This document shows, in pieces, positions 6,901 through 14,257 of a stretch of 27,994 nt of DNA. A model generated the notes under the pieces. It saw only the letters and a list, made by a program, of their open reading frames with translations, had not been told where the DNA came from and ran no database searches. This DNA comes from a virus (taxonomy: Duplodnaviria; Caudoviricetes). The stretch spans positions 1 through 27,994 of IMG/VR virus record IMGVR_UViG_3300020044_004165; one strand, written 5' to 3'. The position numbers were made by a program, and so were the translations under genes. The first letter of the stretch is position 1. Every line of letters starts with the position of its first letter.

Positions 6901-9499
6901 TGCGTTCCGTAAGGACCCAACCCTGCGCGAAAAGCTAGACAAGATCACGCACATGGCTACTCTTGCCGAGTACGACCCAGCGGACAAGTCCCAGACTGTT
7001 CGGAACAAAAACCTCGACGCGCAATACGATGCGCTTGGCCCAGAAGGTCAGCGCATCTACAACCGTATCAAGCGCCACTTTGAAATCTTGTCGAACACCT
7101 TCTCCAAGTTGCTCGATGACCAGATCACACAGTCGGGCCTGCCGATGGCGGAGCAGGCCAACCTGATCAAGAAGATCAGGGCGATGTACGAGACTGGTAG
7201 CAAGATCACTCCCTACTTCCCACTGGTGCGCCGTGGAGATTTTTGGTTGTCGATCGGCACAGGTGAGACTCGCAAGTTCTTCATGTTTGAGAGCATGGGC
7301 GAGCGTGACCGTGCAATGCAAGGGTTTGCCGACGAGAAAGTAAAGCAGAAGCCCGGTGAGTCGGATGCCGCGTTCCAGAAGCGCCGCGACCGCAACTTAC
7401 AAGACCTGCTGGAGTCAGAAAACTTTGTGTACGGCAACGACATCAGTGCCTTGCGCAAAACCACAGTTGGCAACAGCCAGCTTCTGTCCGGCGTGTTTGC
7501 TGAGATTGACAAGACTGGGGTCAAGACTGACTTCACCCCAGAAGCCAAAGAGCAGCTCAAGGATGCGGTGTACCAGCTGTACTTGCAGACAATGCCAGAG
7601 CAGAGTTTCCGCAAGCAGTTCATTCACCGTAAGGGCTTCGCTGGTTTCCGCACTGACTTGCTGCGCAACGTGGCCGACACGACCACCAAGATGGCGACTC
7701 AGCTTTCTCGGATCAAGTACGCCCCTCTGCTGCGCAACTCGTTGTCTCAGGCGCGTGACTCGATCAAGAACCGCCCAATGTACGAGCCCTACGTTGCTAC
7801 CTTCGAGCGGCGTGTGTCTGACGCATTGACGGCGGGTAAGCCATCTTTGGCCGAGAGCATCGCGGCGGGGCTCAACAAGTTCTCGTTCATCTTCTATCTG
7901 GGGGGTATCTCCTCGGCTGTGCTTCAGCCGTTGAGCTTGTTCCAGACTGGCATCCCCGTGCTCACAAAGTATGGTGTCGGTAACGCCTACGCCGAGATGG
8001 GCAACATGCTCAAAGTGTGGCAAGAATATGGCGTGATGAAGAAGAATGCTGACGGTACCTTCTCTTGGGCACCTCCATCTATTGAAAACGTCACCCGCAG
8101 TGGAGACGAGCGCCGCGCTATCAAGGACATGCTGGGCCGTGATCTCACCACTTCCACCTACGCACGCGATGCGCTGGACTACAAGGCTACGCCGACTGAT
8201 GCCATCCCGTCACCCACGGCACAGTTTGGTAAGGATACCGTCAGCGCGTTGGTGCTCGGCGGGTTGATGCACTCGACTGAGCGTATGTCTCGTGAGGCCA
8301 TGTTCCTTGCAGCGTACCGACTGAACCGCAAAGCGGGTCGAGACCATGAGACTTCGGTGGACAACGCTGTCTACGACACCAATGAAGCCCTTGGTAACTA
8401 CGGCCAGTACAACCGCCCCGACTTTATGAAGGGCGCTCCGGGCAGAGTTCTTACGCAGTTCATGATGTACCCTGTGTACATGACATTGTTCTTGGGTAGA
8501 AACTTTGTCGAGATGATCAAACCAATGAACGGGCGCACTCGGTGGGAAGCGTCTAAGAAGTTCTTCGGCACTATGGGGCACACATGGGTGCTCGGCGGCG
8601 CGGTTGGCCTGTGGGGTTTCAGCACAGTCATGGGCTTCCTTGGCGCGATGTGGAACTCCCTCAAGGATGACGAGTGGCCAGAGGATGTGAAGAGCATGAG
8701 CTACGAGTTGTGGTGGCGCACCGTCTGGCTCAAGGAGCAGCTTGGTGGTACTCAAGTTGCTGGATACGATCTCGCCGACGTGGTTGAGCGCGGCCCTGTC
8801 AACGCCATCACAGGTGTGGACATCTCCAGCCGTACGAGCTTGAACAACATGTGGCTGCGCGAAACCAAAGAGACCGCAACCACACGCGAAAGTGCTCTGG
8901 CTCTGGCAGTGGAGAAAGCTGGCCCAACAGCCAACATGATCTTGTCACAGCTCGATGCCTACGATGCGTTCATGCAAGGGGACTACAAGAAGGGTGTCCT
9001 CAAAGCCGCCCCTGCTGGTTTCCGCAACTGGATCAACGCGGCTAACTATTACAAGGAAGGCGCGAAGGACAACAAGGGTGCGGAGATTCTGTCCCGCGAT
9101 GCCTTCACCACGGGTGAACTGATCTTCCAAGCTGTCGGCTTCCGCTCAGACCTGCTTGCGAATACACAGTACGTGACCTTCAAAGTGATCGGCCTTGAGC
9201 AAAAGATTCTGAATGAGCGCACCAAGATCATGAATCAGATTGATCGTGCGTACCGGCAGGGGGACTTCGACGCCTACACCGACTACTACGAGGATATGCA
9301 GAAGTTCAACACCAAGTACCCTACGTACGAGATCACGACCGACAACCTTGTGGACTCGTTGGAGCGCAAGCAGGAGCAGCGTGGCAAGTCTTTCCGGGGC
9401 ATTACGTTGACCGAGAAGAACGTGGGGCCATTTGCAGAGACGTTGCTTCCATCCCGGATTGCGGCAGACAAGCGGGAAGAAAAGAACCGCCAAAAATAA
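920..9499 (+). CDS. Large polyvalent / giant internal virion protein (2859 aa): HExxH metallopeptidase, GHKL ATPase, WLM/YgjP-like peptidase, PLxRFG-like C-terminal region
   Basis: Single 8.6-kb ORF, last gene of the + strand block. Motifs: ILHELLHAA (~3794-3808) with downstream EFIAYG; KELFQNSFDA, VVDNGLGM, GGLGVAK, DGHGTAV (4400-4840); IHEMAHFRQRNHGGSF (~6170-6220); YFPLVRRGDF (~7214-7243); hydrophobic Gly-rich segment near 8585-8655. Confidence 0.85.
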   Translation: MKFVPLSESAKTETEEGAKTLRFVPLEPAAPQESKAAPFGPTSGLVDFINKPTPKPESVLEGQQMPGPLPTEDKMIRPEFVSGLEAQLNAMPEAKRSAALEKMLQRPDVYGRAAKVIQGRYAARDKVQPTSLQNLTDLRLEQQQKRFMQQGMEPTAALNLARQQAQQGVARPDLQQMTRDVDGELADQEAAQMRENLKDSGFLGRVGAETKVQYTQAGLGLMNVFADITGDEQMQRNIARTRNMVEAGREAIPKGDTIFERSAQGAISSLAGQAPMIALSVLTGTAAPVLLQAGIQQFGDSYGQARAAGKSPEAAAARAIPMAAAEIFFERFGMEKALAGLTKHVSKYGYDSIPKYVGQAVAKEIPAEMATTATQYGIDIVPGIGLNKNPSLVGLYEQLEETLRQTIIQAGVQAGTTIGAVKGVQKLSKALQASAPKYERPDDTGYYQALLAAKEKGFLVSERRNQMVPPGQTAGAPSTDGTLTDEGSIPKQDQLADLTAEIEATGIPADDARAQAEQMLAAQEAEKRKALAPRIIELTREFVDGGMDPQQANQIAIQQATEEAQADEQAQLEGAVGSAPTVSTADRTGAGVAGQPGGVTAPGGAGVTQPSGVVPTGQTAAGTVAGEGGQPGALRIKKNEKTGAVTTTYAVQDEDGNPSELSIVRNADGSVFRVFDKVTRDDGKTMQVELDNSYGQGVDNAKIISQSNRTPIEAPKAKRGRPAVLTEEEKQQRAEGKKPVQAAKAKAERSILRLTNKLDELATLPDEGDFETDEDYEAALADHRAERRETIKSLLQLQADPLLRGTKVGERVKVALARPDISEKEKADLKAGIEAQKRAQAAIQGDRPSSSRVTKGTPDTTFGKFTNGVQALNHIIKTGNDFQKALGKRLRSFVTNVKFVVIEEGQELPAQLKSAKNARHWDRSIALYIENYNTGDRVIYVRGASFGENQGVNNLTILHELLHAATNRKIVLAIEAIKKGVSLNSPLVRSATDLLRTMNSAISTFNDLSARRQLPEYISLLADRGEVLEDPREFIAYGMTDPEFQQFLMKAQGYEEDTSYFNRFVRGIRELFGMGDDTTNALTDLIVVTDTILSTRAPQYQARGEQASSTFFGFGKKEEPKADTPMAGTTEVKARPSANVQRLAKMLGSKLYGTPKDIAVVSIKELFQNSFDAIKGSLEQGQLTKGKVDVKIDAGNRSIRVVDNGLGMPTSVMGNQFLQIAGTVKETKRASGGLGVAKMLFLFENKALEVVSLRDGVISRMVTNGDDLKAALDDPSRAPNIEVTEDPAVVQRYVDSLFPDGHGTAVTVTIPDTFTNESTGEQEKINFDVWDLKNAPVLEYSPLFGDIDVTVDYGYGQNPLPIGSNFPTNDYTPFANVNFAWGTARIYVSKEKVDNWRDNTHVLSNGLWQFNTAIKDRPGFSGKNIKRTFYVDVTPAENVRPEDAGYPFDLNRQNFSKAAKEDFGKIFNYITAIYSQLDLASGVKNFGTVQYVNADGSVTEAKALEPTAPPSDNAFTLIKPGDQVEVRDGVLYVNNRALPELTAKDLENTSIRIDELTIPQNEIDSTKVMIHDNTETQVRTVTEADAKKALDDLVASDPERYEIVDLGNGRFWMSVYGTISVHGPGRTKIVDYSGVPSKIFEWATMNDIPVQAPTGTPQSLSDLARAKFGAERVNKYFAAIGETFHLLRDALISVDSSYADMSTQAFGISIDNEYYGVSIMVPFKGMFINPATTALSDTPAQIAVSMIGTMIHEMAHFRQRNHGGSFASEMQKIATLLDTHPSFDLQQAKKDLTKVVDANDGIFIFMNKEFRDGNLKPRGNRFADASYQQIGDEGASEPMEGERAEGQGGPSVPEQLGASAQSTGQVGQPAGAGGQTPAVGNAVRTQQQLNRAVKVANAKFEESQNGQEYSKALSLLQMMQDPRKVIPAIRDLYARMNLGARSALTRVLTNDFIVELTGQDVPELRNTHKLMQQMSGMTETLLKGAGDLTNDISRAFRKDPTLREKLDKITHMATLAEYDPADKSQTVRNKNLDAQYDALGPEGQRIYNRIKRHFEILSNTFSKLLDDQITQSGLPMAEQANLIKKIRAMYETGSKITPYFPLVRRGDFWLSIGTGETRKFFMFESMGERDRAMQGFADEKVKQKPGESDAAFQKRRDRNLQDLLESENFVYGNDISALRKTTVGNSQLLSGVFAEIDKTGVKTDFTPEAKEQLKDAVYQLYLQTMPEQSFRKQFIHRKGFAGFRTDLLRNVADTTTKMATQLSRIKYAPLLRNSLSQARDSIKNRPMYEPYVATFERRVSDALTAGKPSLAESIAAGLNKFSFIFYLGGISSAVLQPLSLFQTGIPVLTKYGVGNAYAEMGNMLKVWQEYGVMKKNADGTFSWAPPSIENVTRSGDERRAIKDMLGRDLTTSTYARDALDYKATPTDAIPSPTAQFGKDTVSALVLGGLMHSTERMSREAMFLAAYRLNRKAGRDHETSVDNAVYDTNEALGNYGQYNRPDFMKGAPGRVLTQFMMYPVYMTLFLGRNFVEMIKPMNGRTRWEASKKFFGTMGHTWVLGGAVGLWGFSTVMGFLGAMWNSLKDDEWPEDVKSMSYELWWRTVWLKEQLGGTQVAGYDLADVVERGPVNAITGVDISSRTSLNNMWLRETKETATTRESALALAVEKAGPTANMILSQLDAYDAFMQGDYKKGVLKAAPAGFRNWINAANYYKEGAKDNKGAEILSRDAFTTGELIFQAVGFRSDLLANTQYVTFKVIGLEQKILNERTKIMNQIDRAYRQGDFDAYTDYYEDMQKFNTKYPTYEITTDNLVDSLERKQEQRGKSFRGITLTEKNVGPFAETLLPSRIAADKREEKNRQK
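2619..2822 (+). CDS. Putative overprinted small helical protein (67 aa) in the +1 frame of the giant gene
   Basis: GAGGAGG at 2603-2609, 9 nt before the ATG at 2619. Product looks amphipathic (VPQIEQALEWLD...LSQVEWFQLDRLLQALWREK). ORF limits match a G/A/P/T/Q linker in the main frame. Confidence 0.6.
   Translation: MNKPNSKVLSVAHQLSVPQIEQALEWLDSPVASPPPEELESLSQVEWFQLDRLLQALWREKAGSPVH
6354..6587 (+). CDS. Putative overprinted small helical protein (77 aa) in the +1 frame of the giant gene
   Basis: AAGGAG at 6341-6346, 7 nt before the ATG at 6354 (GTG at 6351 is in frame). Amphipathic helices (EMKALLSQWKANA, YQNSLEQALKVLD, LPELVAKLQRL). Coincides with a G/Q/P/E linker in the main frame. Confidence 0.6.
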   Translation: MEISSLVATASRTLATNKSEMKALLSQWKANAQKDKEDPAYQNSLEQALKVLDKSASLPELVAKLQRLETQSVPSNS

Positions 9500-9527
9500 A
9501 AAAACCCCCCGACGCAAATCGGGGGGT
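9498..9527 (-). terminator. Rho-independent terminator between the convergent blocks (U-tract on the - strand)
   Basis: ACCCCCCGA-cgcaaa-TCGGGGGGT hairpin (9504-9527) with an A-run at 9498-9504. Confidence 0.85.
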
Positions 9528-9584
9528 AAATCAACTCACAACCAAAGAGAAATGCTGGTCCAACTCCAGCGGCTCCAGTGTAAT

Positions 9585-9779
9585 TTAGACGCGCCAAACG
9601 CGCAAGCCTTTGACACCTTCCTCGACCACCACTTTGCTGATTGTTTTGATCTTCAAGCGTTTGGTGACCACGGCCAGAGTTTTTCTGGCCGCTTCATGGT
9701 CGATGCAGGGCACAAAGAAAGAGTACCCCTTTCGGAATTTCCTCCAGTCAATCTGGAACGATACCGTTTCGATTTTCAT
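9585..9779 (-). CDS. Small hypothetical phage protein
   Basis: 64 aa, overlaps the primase 3' end, ends in GLRVWRV and contains SFFVPC. Protein-like composition. Confidence 0.75.
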   Translation of the reverse strand: MKIETVSFQIDWRKFRKGYSFFVPCIDHEAARKTLAVVTKRLKIKTISKVVVEEGVKGLRVWRV

Positions 9780-12603
9780 CCGCGCTCAGTTGTATGTCCA
9801 CTTGCAAAAACTCTGAAGACGAGGCGTCGAACTTCAGCACTCGAACGGCGGGGGACACCATCTTCATGCCTTTGGACATTCGTTTGTTCATGGTCTCGGT
9901 GTAGCAACCAAGTTGCTGGAGCTCCTTGAGAGTGCCCTTATAGTTGATCTGCTGACGTACGCAGAAGTCTTTGAACGCCTTGGCCGCGATGTACAGCTCT
10001 TTGGTGTCGGGCTCGTAGCGAATCATCAACTCACCACGGGGCTCCAGCAGTGGGAGCGCCGACAAATTGCTCCGGGCATCCACTTCACCGTTGACCACCA
10101 ATGCGTTGGAGATGTGCGCGTTGATAAACTCGCCGATCGCGGTAACCGGCGATGCCTGTGGGGGCTTCACTTCGTTTCGCATCTCGCTGAGCATACGCTT
10201 GAGCCATTCATAGACGGCCTTCATGTCGAAGTCGTGCAAGCCAAGGCTCTTGGAGATCAGGCCCCCAACGATGTTGCAAGCGGCAACACCCGACCAAAAA
10301 CGCTCACGCTGCGTGAACTGAACTTCCTTGTCGATACGGGCCTGAACTTGGCGCATCAGATCGACTGCTTCTTCTTTGTTGTTCACAAGCCACTGTGCGT
10401 AGACTTCCATTGCGTGGCCGTAGTTCTCCCGCAGTTGGTGGTCAAACATATGTTTGCCGTGCTCCATCGAGATGATGTTGTTGTGGTCCACCCTGTACTC
10501 AAGCAGACGCATTGATTCACCGTCTGGCGAACTCTTGGCCACACCGAGCTTCTCGTAAAAGCTGGCGTTAGATGAGCACAGGCTGATGCCTTGCCATTTG
10601 GTGTTGTTGACGCGCAGTTCGTTGGTCGAGCCCTTCATCTTCTCTTTGCCCCGGCCTTGGCTGATGCTGTACGCCAGATCGGAGAACTCCATGCCGCTCA
10701 TGTTTGTAATCTCGTCAATCGTGTTGGCGAGGTTGTTCATTACACCGAGCCTATGAATCTTGGCGTTGAACGTGTCCTTGAACATGGAAGTCAGCTCTTT
10801 GGGCTCACCGCTTACGCTGTTGCACATGTACAGGGCCGTAGACTTGCCCGAGCCTGACTCCGGGGAAATGATGTTGATGATTGCGCCTTCCAAGCCGGTG
10901 AACTTGAGCAGTGGAGAGCCGAACGCTGTGAGCGCGGCAAATGCGTGGGGCTCCATCCCCGGCAGGGCGTAGAGGTTAAACACTTCCTTCCACTTATCGA
11001 ATTCGCCCTTGACGTGAATCTTCTCTGCGGCGTCTTTGTTGGTGCTGGAGGGTGGGCTGTAGAACACACCGTCCTTGGTGATCTCGCGGTCGCCGAGGAT
11101 AAACTTGCTGTCTCCGTCGGCCCATCCAAATTGGGTTCTCATGGTTTCTGCTTTCTTTACATACTGCAAATTCTTGATGAACGACACAACGAACGAAGCA
11201 AGGTTTTCGTATTGCTTGTGGTGCGCCATGACCCCGTTGTGGGCCAACTGCTTGCGCAGATCATCTTTTGCAGAAATGGATGCTGTAGAAATACTGAACT
11301 CGCGCACACCATCGTGCGGCAGGTGCAGTCGGAACAACGCAACTTCCCCAACCTCGGGGTCTTTCATGCGCTTGACCACGTACAAGTCGTGCTCGTACAC
11401 CAACGATGGCTCGTCCTCTTCTTCACTGGCTCGGCGGTAGATGCCACCTTTTGCGCCGCGGAAGAATGGGTACGGGTACTCGGGTATGTGGTAGTGTGTT
11501 TCTTCGCCGGTTTCCTCGTCAGCAACCACAAATTCGTTGTCTTCTGGGTCGGCTTCCTCAATCTCCATGCCGAGCACGATCGGTGATTTGATCTTGCCTT
11601 TGTGTGGGCATCCATCACACCCAGTCGGGTTCAGCTTTTCAAACGTAGCGCAGTGGTGCGGCCCACCCTTGGAGCGAATCTGCGCGAGTTTCTGATCAAC
11701 TTGGGCGGGGTCGTATTCCGGGTGCCCTTTGGACATCTTGTGGGCAGAGGCATCACCATCGGAGCAAAACGCCGCAATCGACAATGCAGAGCGCCACAGC
11801 GGTTCTTCGACAGAGGCTTGGTTCTCAAAGCAGTGCAGCAGCTGCTGGCAACCGTCACCCTCGGCGGACCGAAGCATAATGGTTTTGAACTTTTTGACTT
11901 TGTTGCCCATCAGGGCCTCCATCATCGGGCTCATCGAGCGCGGGATGAAGTCGGGTATATCGTCTTTGGGTTCAGGCGCACCGAGCAGCTCTTTGAACTG
12001 TTCGTACGTCAGGCGTTGTGTTTTTTCGTTGAGGACTGTTACCGCCTTGGGTTCGTCCTGTTTGAAATTGAATGTGCCCGGGATGCGCAGAACACGCGAT
12101 GCCTCAAACACAGATGCGTCAACGATCAGCCCCTGCTCGGCACACAACTCACGTAGTCGGTTAGCAAGAGGTTCCCAGTCGCGGCGCGAGACCACTTCTT
12201 CGAGTAGCCAGTATGCGTGAATCCCGTAACCGGAACTCACCAGAATTGGTCGTGGCAAGCCAGCGGCCATGCAGAACTTTTTGAACTCAGCAAGCCCAAT
12301 CTCTTGGGTCAGGTAGCCTTTGATAACGCCCTTCTCATCTGGGACACCCTTGGTGGGGCCGCAGTCAATGTCCATCCACAGTGCGCGGAAGTACGTGGCG
12401 TTCTCATGAGTTCGGTTATTCAAAGGGCCGTACTTGGCGCATCCAAAATACGCATCCACTTTACGGCGAACAAACTCCTCGGCTACCTCATTGACTTCTT
12501 CTCTAGTATCTACAAAGCGTTGATCTGGGTAACGACCGTATCCGAAAACACAGTACCGCCCCTCCGTGGGCAACACGGTGTCGAGTAGGTCAAAACTGGA
12601 CAT
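9748..12603 (-). CDS. DNA primase-helicase (AEP/RepB-like primase + DUF927 P-loop helicase)
   Basis: AEP motifs WMDIDC, SSGYGIHAYW and RVLRIPGT. Cys/His cluster HCATFEKLNPTGCDGCPH. Walker A ESGSGKST and Walker B TIDEIT. Confidence 0.9.
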   Translation of the reverse strand: MSSFDLLDTVLPTEGRYCVFGYGRYPDQRFVDTREEVNEVAEEFVRRKVDAYFGCAKYGPLNNRTHENATYFRALWMDIDCGPTKGVPDEKGVIKGYLTQEIGLAEFKKFCMAAGLPRPILVSSGYGIHAYWLLEEVVSRRDWEPLANRLRELCAEQGLIVDASVFEASRVLRIPGTFNFKQDEPKAVTVLNEKTQRLTYEQFKELLGAPEPKDDIPDFIPRSMSPMMEALMGNKVKKFKTIMLRSAEGDGCQQLLHCFENQASVEEPLWRSALSIAAFCSDGDASAHKMSKGHPEYDPAQVDQKLAQIRSKGGPHHCATFEKLNPTGCDGCPHKGKIKSPIVLGMEIEEADPEDNEFVVADEETGEETHYHIPEYPYPFFRGAKGGIYRRASEEEDEPSLVYEHDLYVVKRMKDPEVGEVALFRLHLPHDGVREFSISTASISAKDDLRKQLAHNGVMAHHKQYENLASFVVSFIKNLQYVKKAETMRTQFGWADGDSKFILGDREITKDGVFYSPPSSTNKDAAEKIHVKGEFDKWKEVFNLYALPGMEPHAFAALTAFGSPLLKFTGLEGAIINIISPESGSGKSTALYMCNSVSGEPKELTSMFKDTFNAKIHRLGVMNNLANTIDEITNMSGMEFSDLAYSISQGRGKEKMKGSTNELRVNNTKWQGISLCSSNASFYEKLGVAKSSPDGESMRLLEYRVDHNNIISMEHGKHMFDHQLRENYGHAMEVYAQWLVNNKEEAVDLMRQVQARIDKEVQFTQRERFWSGVAACNIVGGLISKSLGLHDFDMKAVYEWLKRMLSEMRNEVKPPQASPVTAIGEFINAHISNALVVNGEVDARSNLSALPLLEPRGELMIRYEPDTKELYIAAKAFKDFCVRQQINYKGTLKELQQLGCYTETMNKRMSKGMKMVSPAVRVLKFDASSSEFLQVDIQLSADENRNGIVPD

Positions 12604-12606
12604 GTT

Positions 12607-12858
12607 TTATTTCTGCTTGTTGCGGCGGCTCTTGATACTGCGCATGTACTTCTCGATGGCGGCGTGAGTATCTGGGTGGGGCACGGAGTCCCCTTTGAAC
12701 CAGTTGTAAACGGCCATGCGACTGACTCCAAAAGAATCAGCAACATGGCTTACGCTTACGCCTTCAAGAATACATACACGGCCCAAGGCTACGCCTAGAG
12801 ATTTGATGTTGGCCTTTTTATTGGCGTACACCAAACTCTGGCTGTAACCATAGCTCAT
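12607..12858 (-). CDS. Cro/XRE-like helix-turn-helix protein
   Basis: SVSHVADSFGVSRMAVYNWFKG is a typical HTH pattern. Confidence 0.8.
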   Translation of the reverse strand: MSYGYSQSLVYANKKANIKSLGVALGRVCILEGVSVSHVADSFGVSRMAVYNWFKGDSVPHPDTHAAIEKYMRSIKSRRNKQK

Positions 12859-12860
12859 GC

Positions 12861-13772
12861 TTACTCCTCGTCAGACCATGCGGCGACCACGGAACCCAAG
12901 TCCTTCTTTGCGGTCGGAGCGGGGGCCTCCGCTTTTTTGCTCTCGCGCTTGGTGGGCTCGGCCACAGCATCGGCAACCGTCACAGGTGCGGCGGCTTTGG
13001 GTGCAGGTGTGGGAGCTGGCGCTTCCAGCTTGGGGGCTCGGCCTGATGTGTCCGCTTGGTACGGAGTCATCAAGACCATCTTCTGCACTTCGGGCTTTGC
13101 CGCCACTTCGCTTGTCACAGCGTACTCAGCCTTGTTGATGAAACGTGCTGGGGTGAACAGCACCGACTGGTTGTCGTTTTCTTCGTTGAAGCTGATGGTG
13201 GTAACCACGTAGTCCAAGCTCTTGCCGTTGTTGGCAAGATACTTGGTGTAGTTGCCGAACGTGTGGGTGTTGTCGGAAGTGCTGTCGCCGAACAGGGACT
13301 TGGAAGCCAAGTTCATTTGGTAGATTTCACCTTCCAGCGAAGTACCAAAGTCTTCTTCCAACACCATCGCGATGCGCTGGCTGTAACGGCAAGCCTTGGA
13401 GTTGCCCATGCCCGAACCTTTGATGTTCTGTTGGCAGGTGTCGCAACGATCGGACTGCGCGTTGGTCGAACCAGCGTCAGGCACGTTACCGTCATTGCTG
13501 AAGCAGTCAGGTGCAGTCGGCTCGGCATCGGGGGTCCACTGCTTTGCGTAGAAGATGCGGCCAACTTTGGGGGATGCGTTCACGATGATGGCGTTGATGT
13601 TGCCCTTCACCTTGCCCATTTCCTCGCCGCCGACTACTTTGCGGAAGATGCCGTTTTTCGGCACGATGCGCTTGACCCCGGTCTTACCGGCAAGAGATTT
13701 TGTAAGGTCACTGACACCTGCTTGTTGCAGAAAGTCGGGGAGGTCTTGATTCAACAGTGTGAGATTACTCAT
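12861..13772 (-). CDS. Putative ssDNA-binding/replication protein with Cys cluster
   Basis: Start reassigned to ATG 13772 (RBS AAAGGAAA). PDCFSNDG...CDTCQQNIKGS...KACRY cluster, Pro/Ala linker, acidic-aromatic tail WSDEE, located in the replication module. Confidence 0.6.
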   Translation of the reverse strand: MSNLTLLNQDLPDFLQQAGVSDLTKSLAGKTGVKRIVPKNGIFRKVVGGEEMGKVKGNINAIIVNASPKVGRIFYAKQWTPDAEPTAPDCFSNDGNVPDAGSTNAQSDRCDTCQQNIKGSGMGNSKACRYSQRIAMVLEEDFGTSLEGEIYQMNLASKSLFGDSTSDNTHTFGNYTKYLANNGKSLDYVVTTISFNEENDNQSVLFTPARFINKAEYAVTSEVAAKPEVQKMVLMTPYQADTSGRAPKLEAPAPTPAPKAAAPVTVADAVAEPTKRESKKAEAPAPTAKKDLGSVVAAWSDEE

Positions 13773-13773
13773 C

Positions 13774-14202
13774 TTAATTTCCTTTGGAACGTCTAACAAC
13801 CACGGAGTACGAATTTTCCACGTTGACCCCGATAGGGAACGTGTTGGGATTCTCAGAAAGAAACTCTTTCAGGTGTGTCTGATGGAGTCGCTTTTCTAAC
13901 AGGCCAAACGCATCATGTTCACGAATGAACTGATACATCGAATCCCAATCATTCGTCCAGTACCGTGACTTTACGGAACGGATGATCGTGCCATGTGGGG
14001 TGCGAACGCTGTCAGCGTTCATCTGCTTGCAGACTTCAAGCATCTCGGTCTCGATGATGCTCATCTGCTCTTCAAGTTCTTTTTCGCGGGCCTCGGCCTC
14101 ACGGCGCATGTCGTCCCGCTTGTCGCGCATCTTGAGGTAGACGGCGGTCAGTGTGTCGAGGTCTATGAGGGGGGAATCTTTCCCCTGAACTTCTTCGTCC
14201 AT
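13774..14202 (-). CDS. Hypothetical phage protein (N-terminal coiled coil)
   Basis: AAGGAG RBS. Coiled coil followed by SVRTPHGTI...DWDSMYQFI...LLEKR. Confidence 0.8.
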   Translation of the reverse strand: MDEEVQGKDSPLIDLDTLTAVYLKMRDKRDDMRREAEAREKELEEQMSIIETEMLEVCKQMNADSVRTPHGTIIRSVKSRYWTNDWDSMYQFIREHDAFGLLEKRLHQTHLKEFLSENPNTFPIGVNVENSYSVVVRRSKGN

Positions 14203-14226
14203 ACTTTTCTCCTTGGTTGGTGGGCT

Positions 14227-14257
14227 ACTCTACCACAACTCTTGACACTGTCAAGAG
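14227..14257 (-). promoter_or_regulatory. Sigma70-type promoter with a palindromic operator over the -35 box
   Basis: - strand TTGACA (14254-14249), 16-nt spacer, extended -10 TGgTAGAGT (hexamer 14232-14227). Perfect palindrome CTCTTGACA-C-TGTCAAGAG at 14239-14257. Confidence 0.7.

Noticed and set aside
995-9517. Many long antisense ORFs opposite the giant gene (e.g. 1727-2632, 3698-4825)
   Set aside because: Typical antisense shadows of a GC3-rich gene, with no RBS or motifs.
9432-9929. + strand 165-aa ORF crossing the terminator
   Set aside because: Runs through the hairpin and antisense to two credible genes. No recognisable features.
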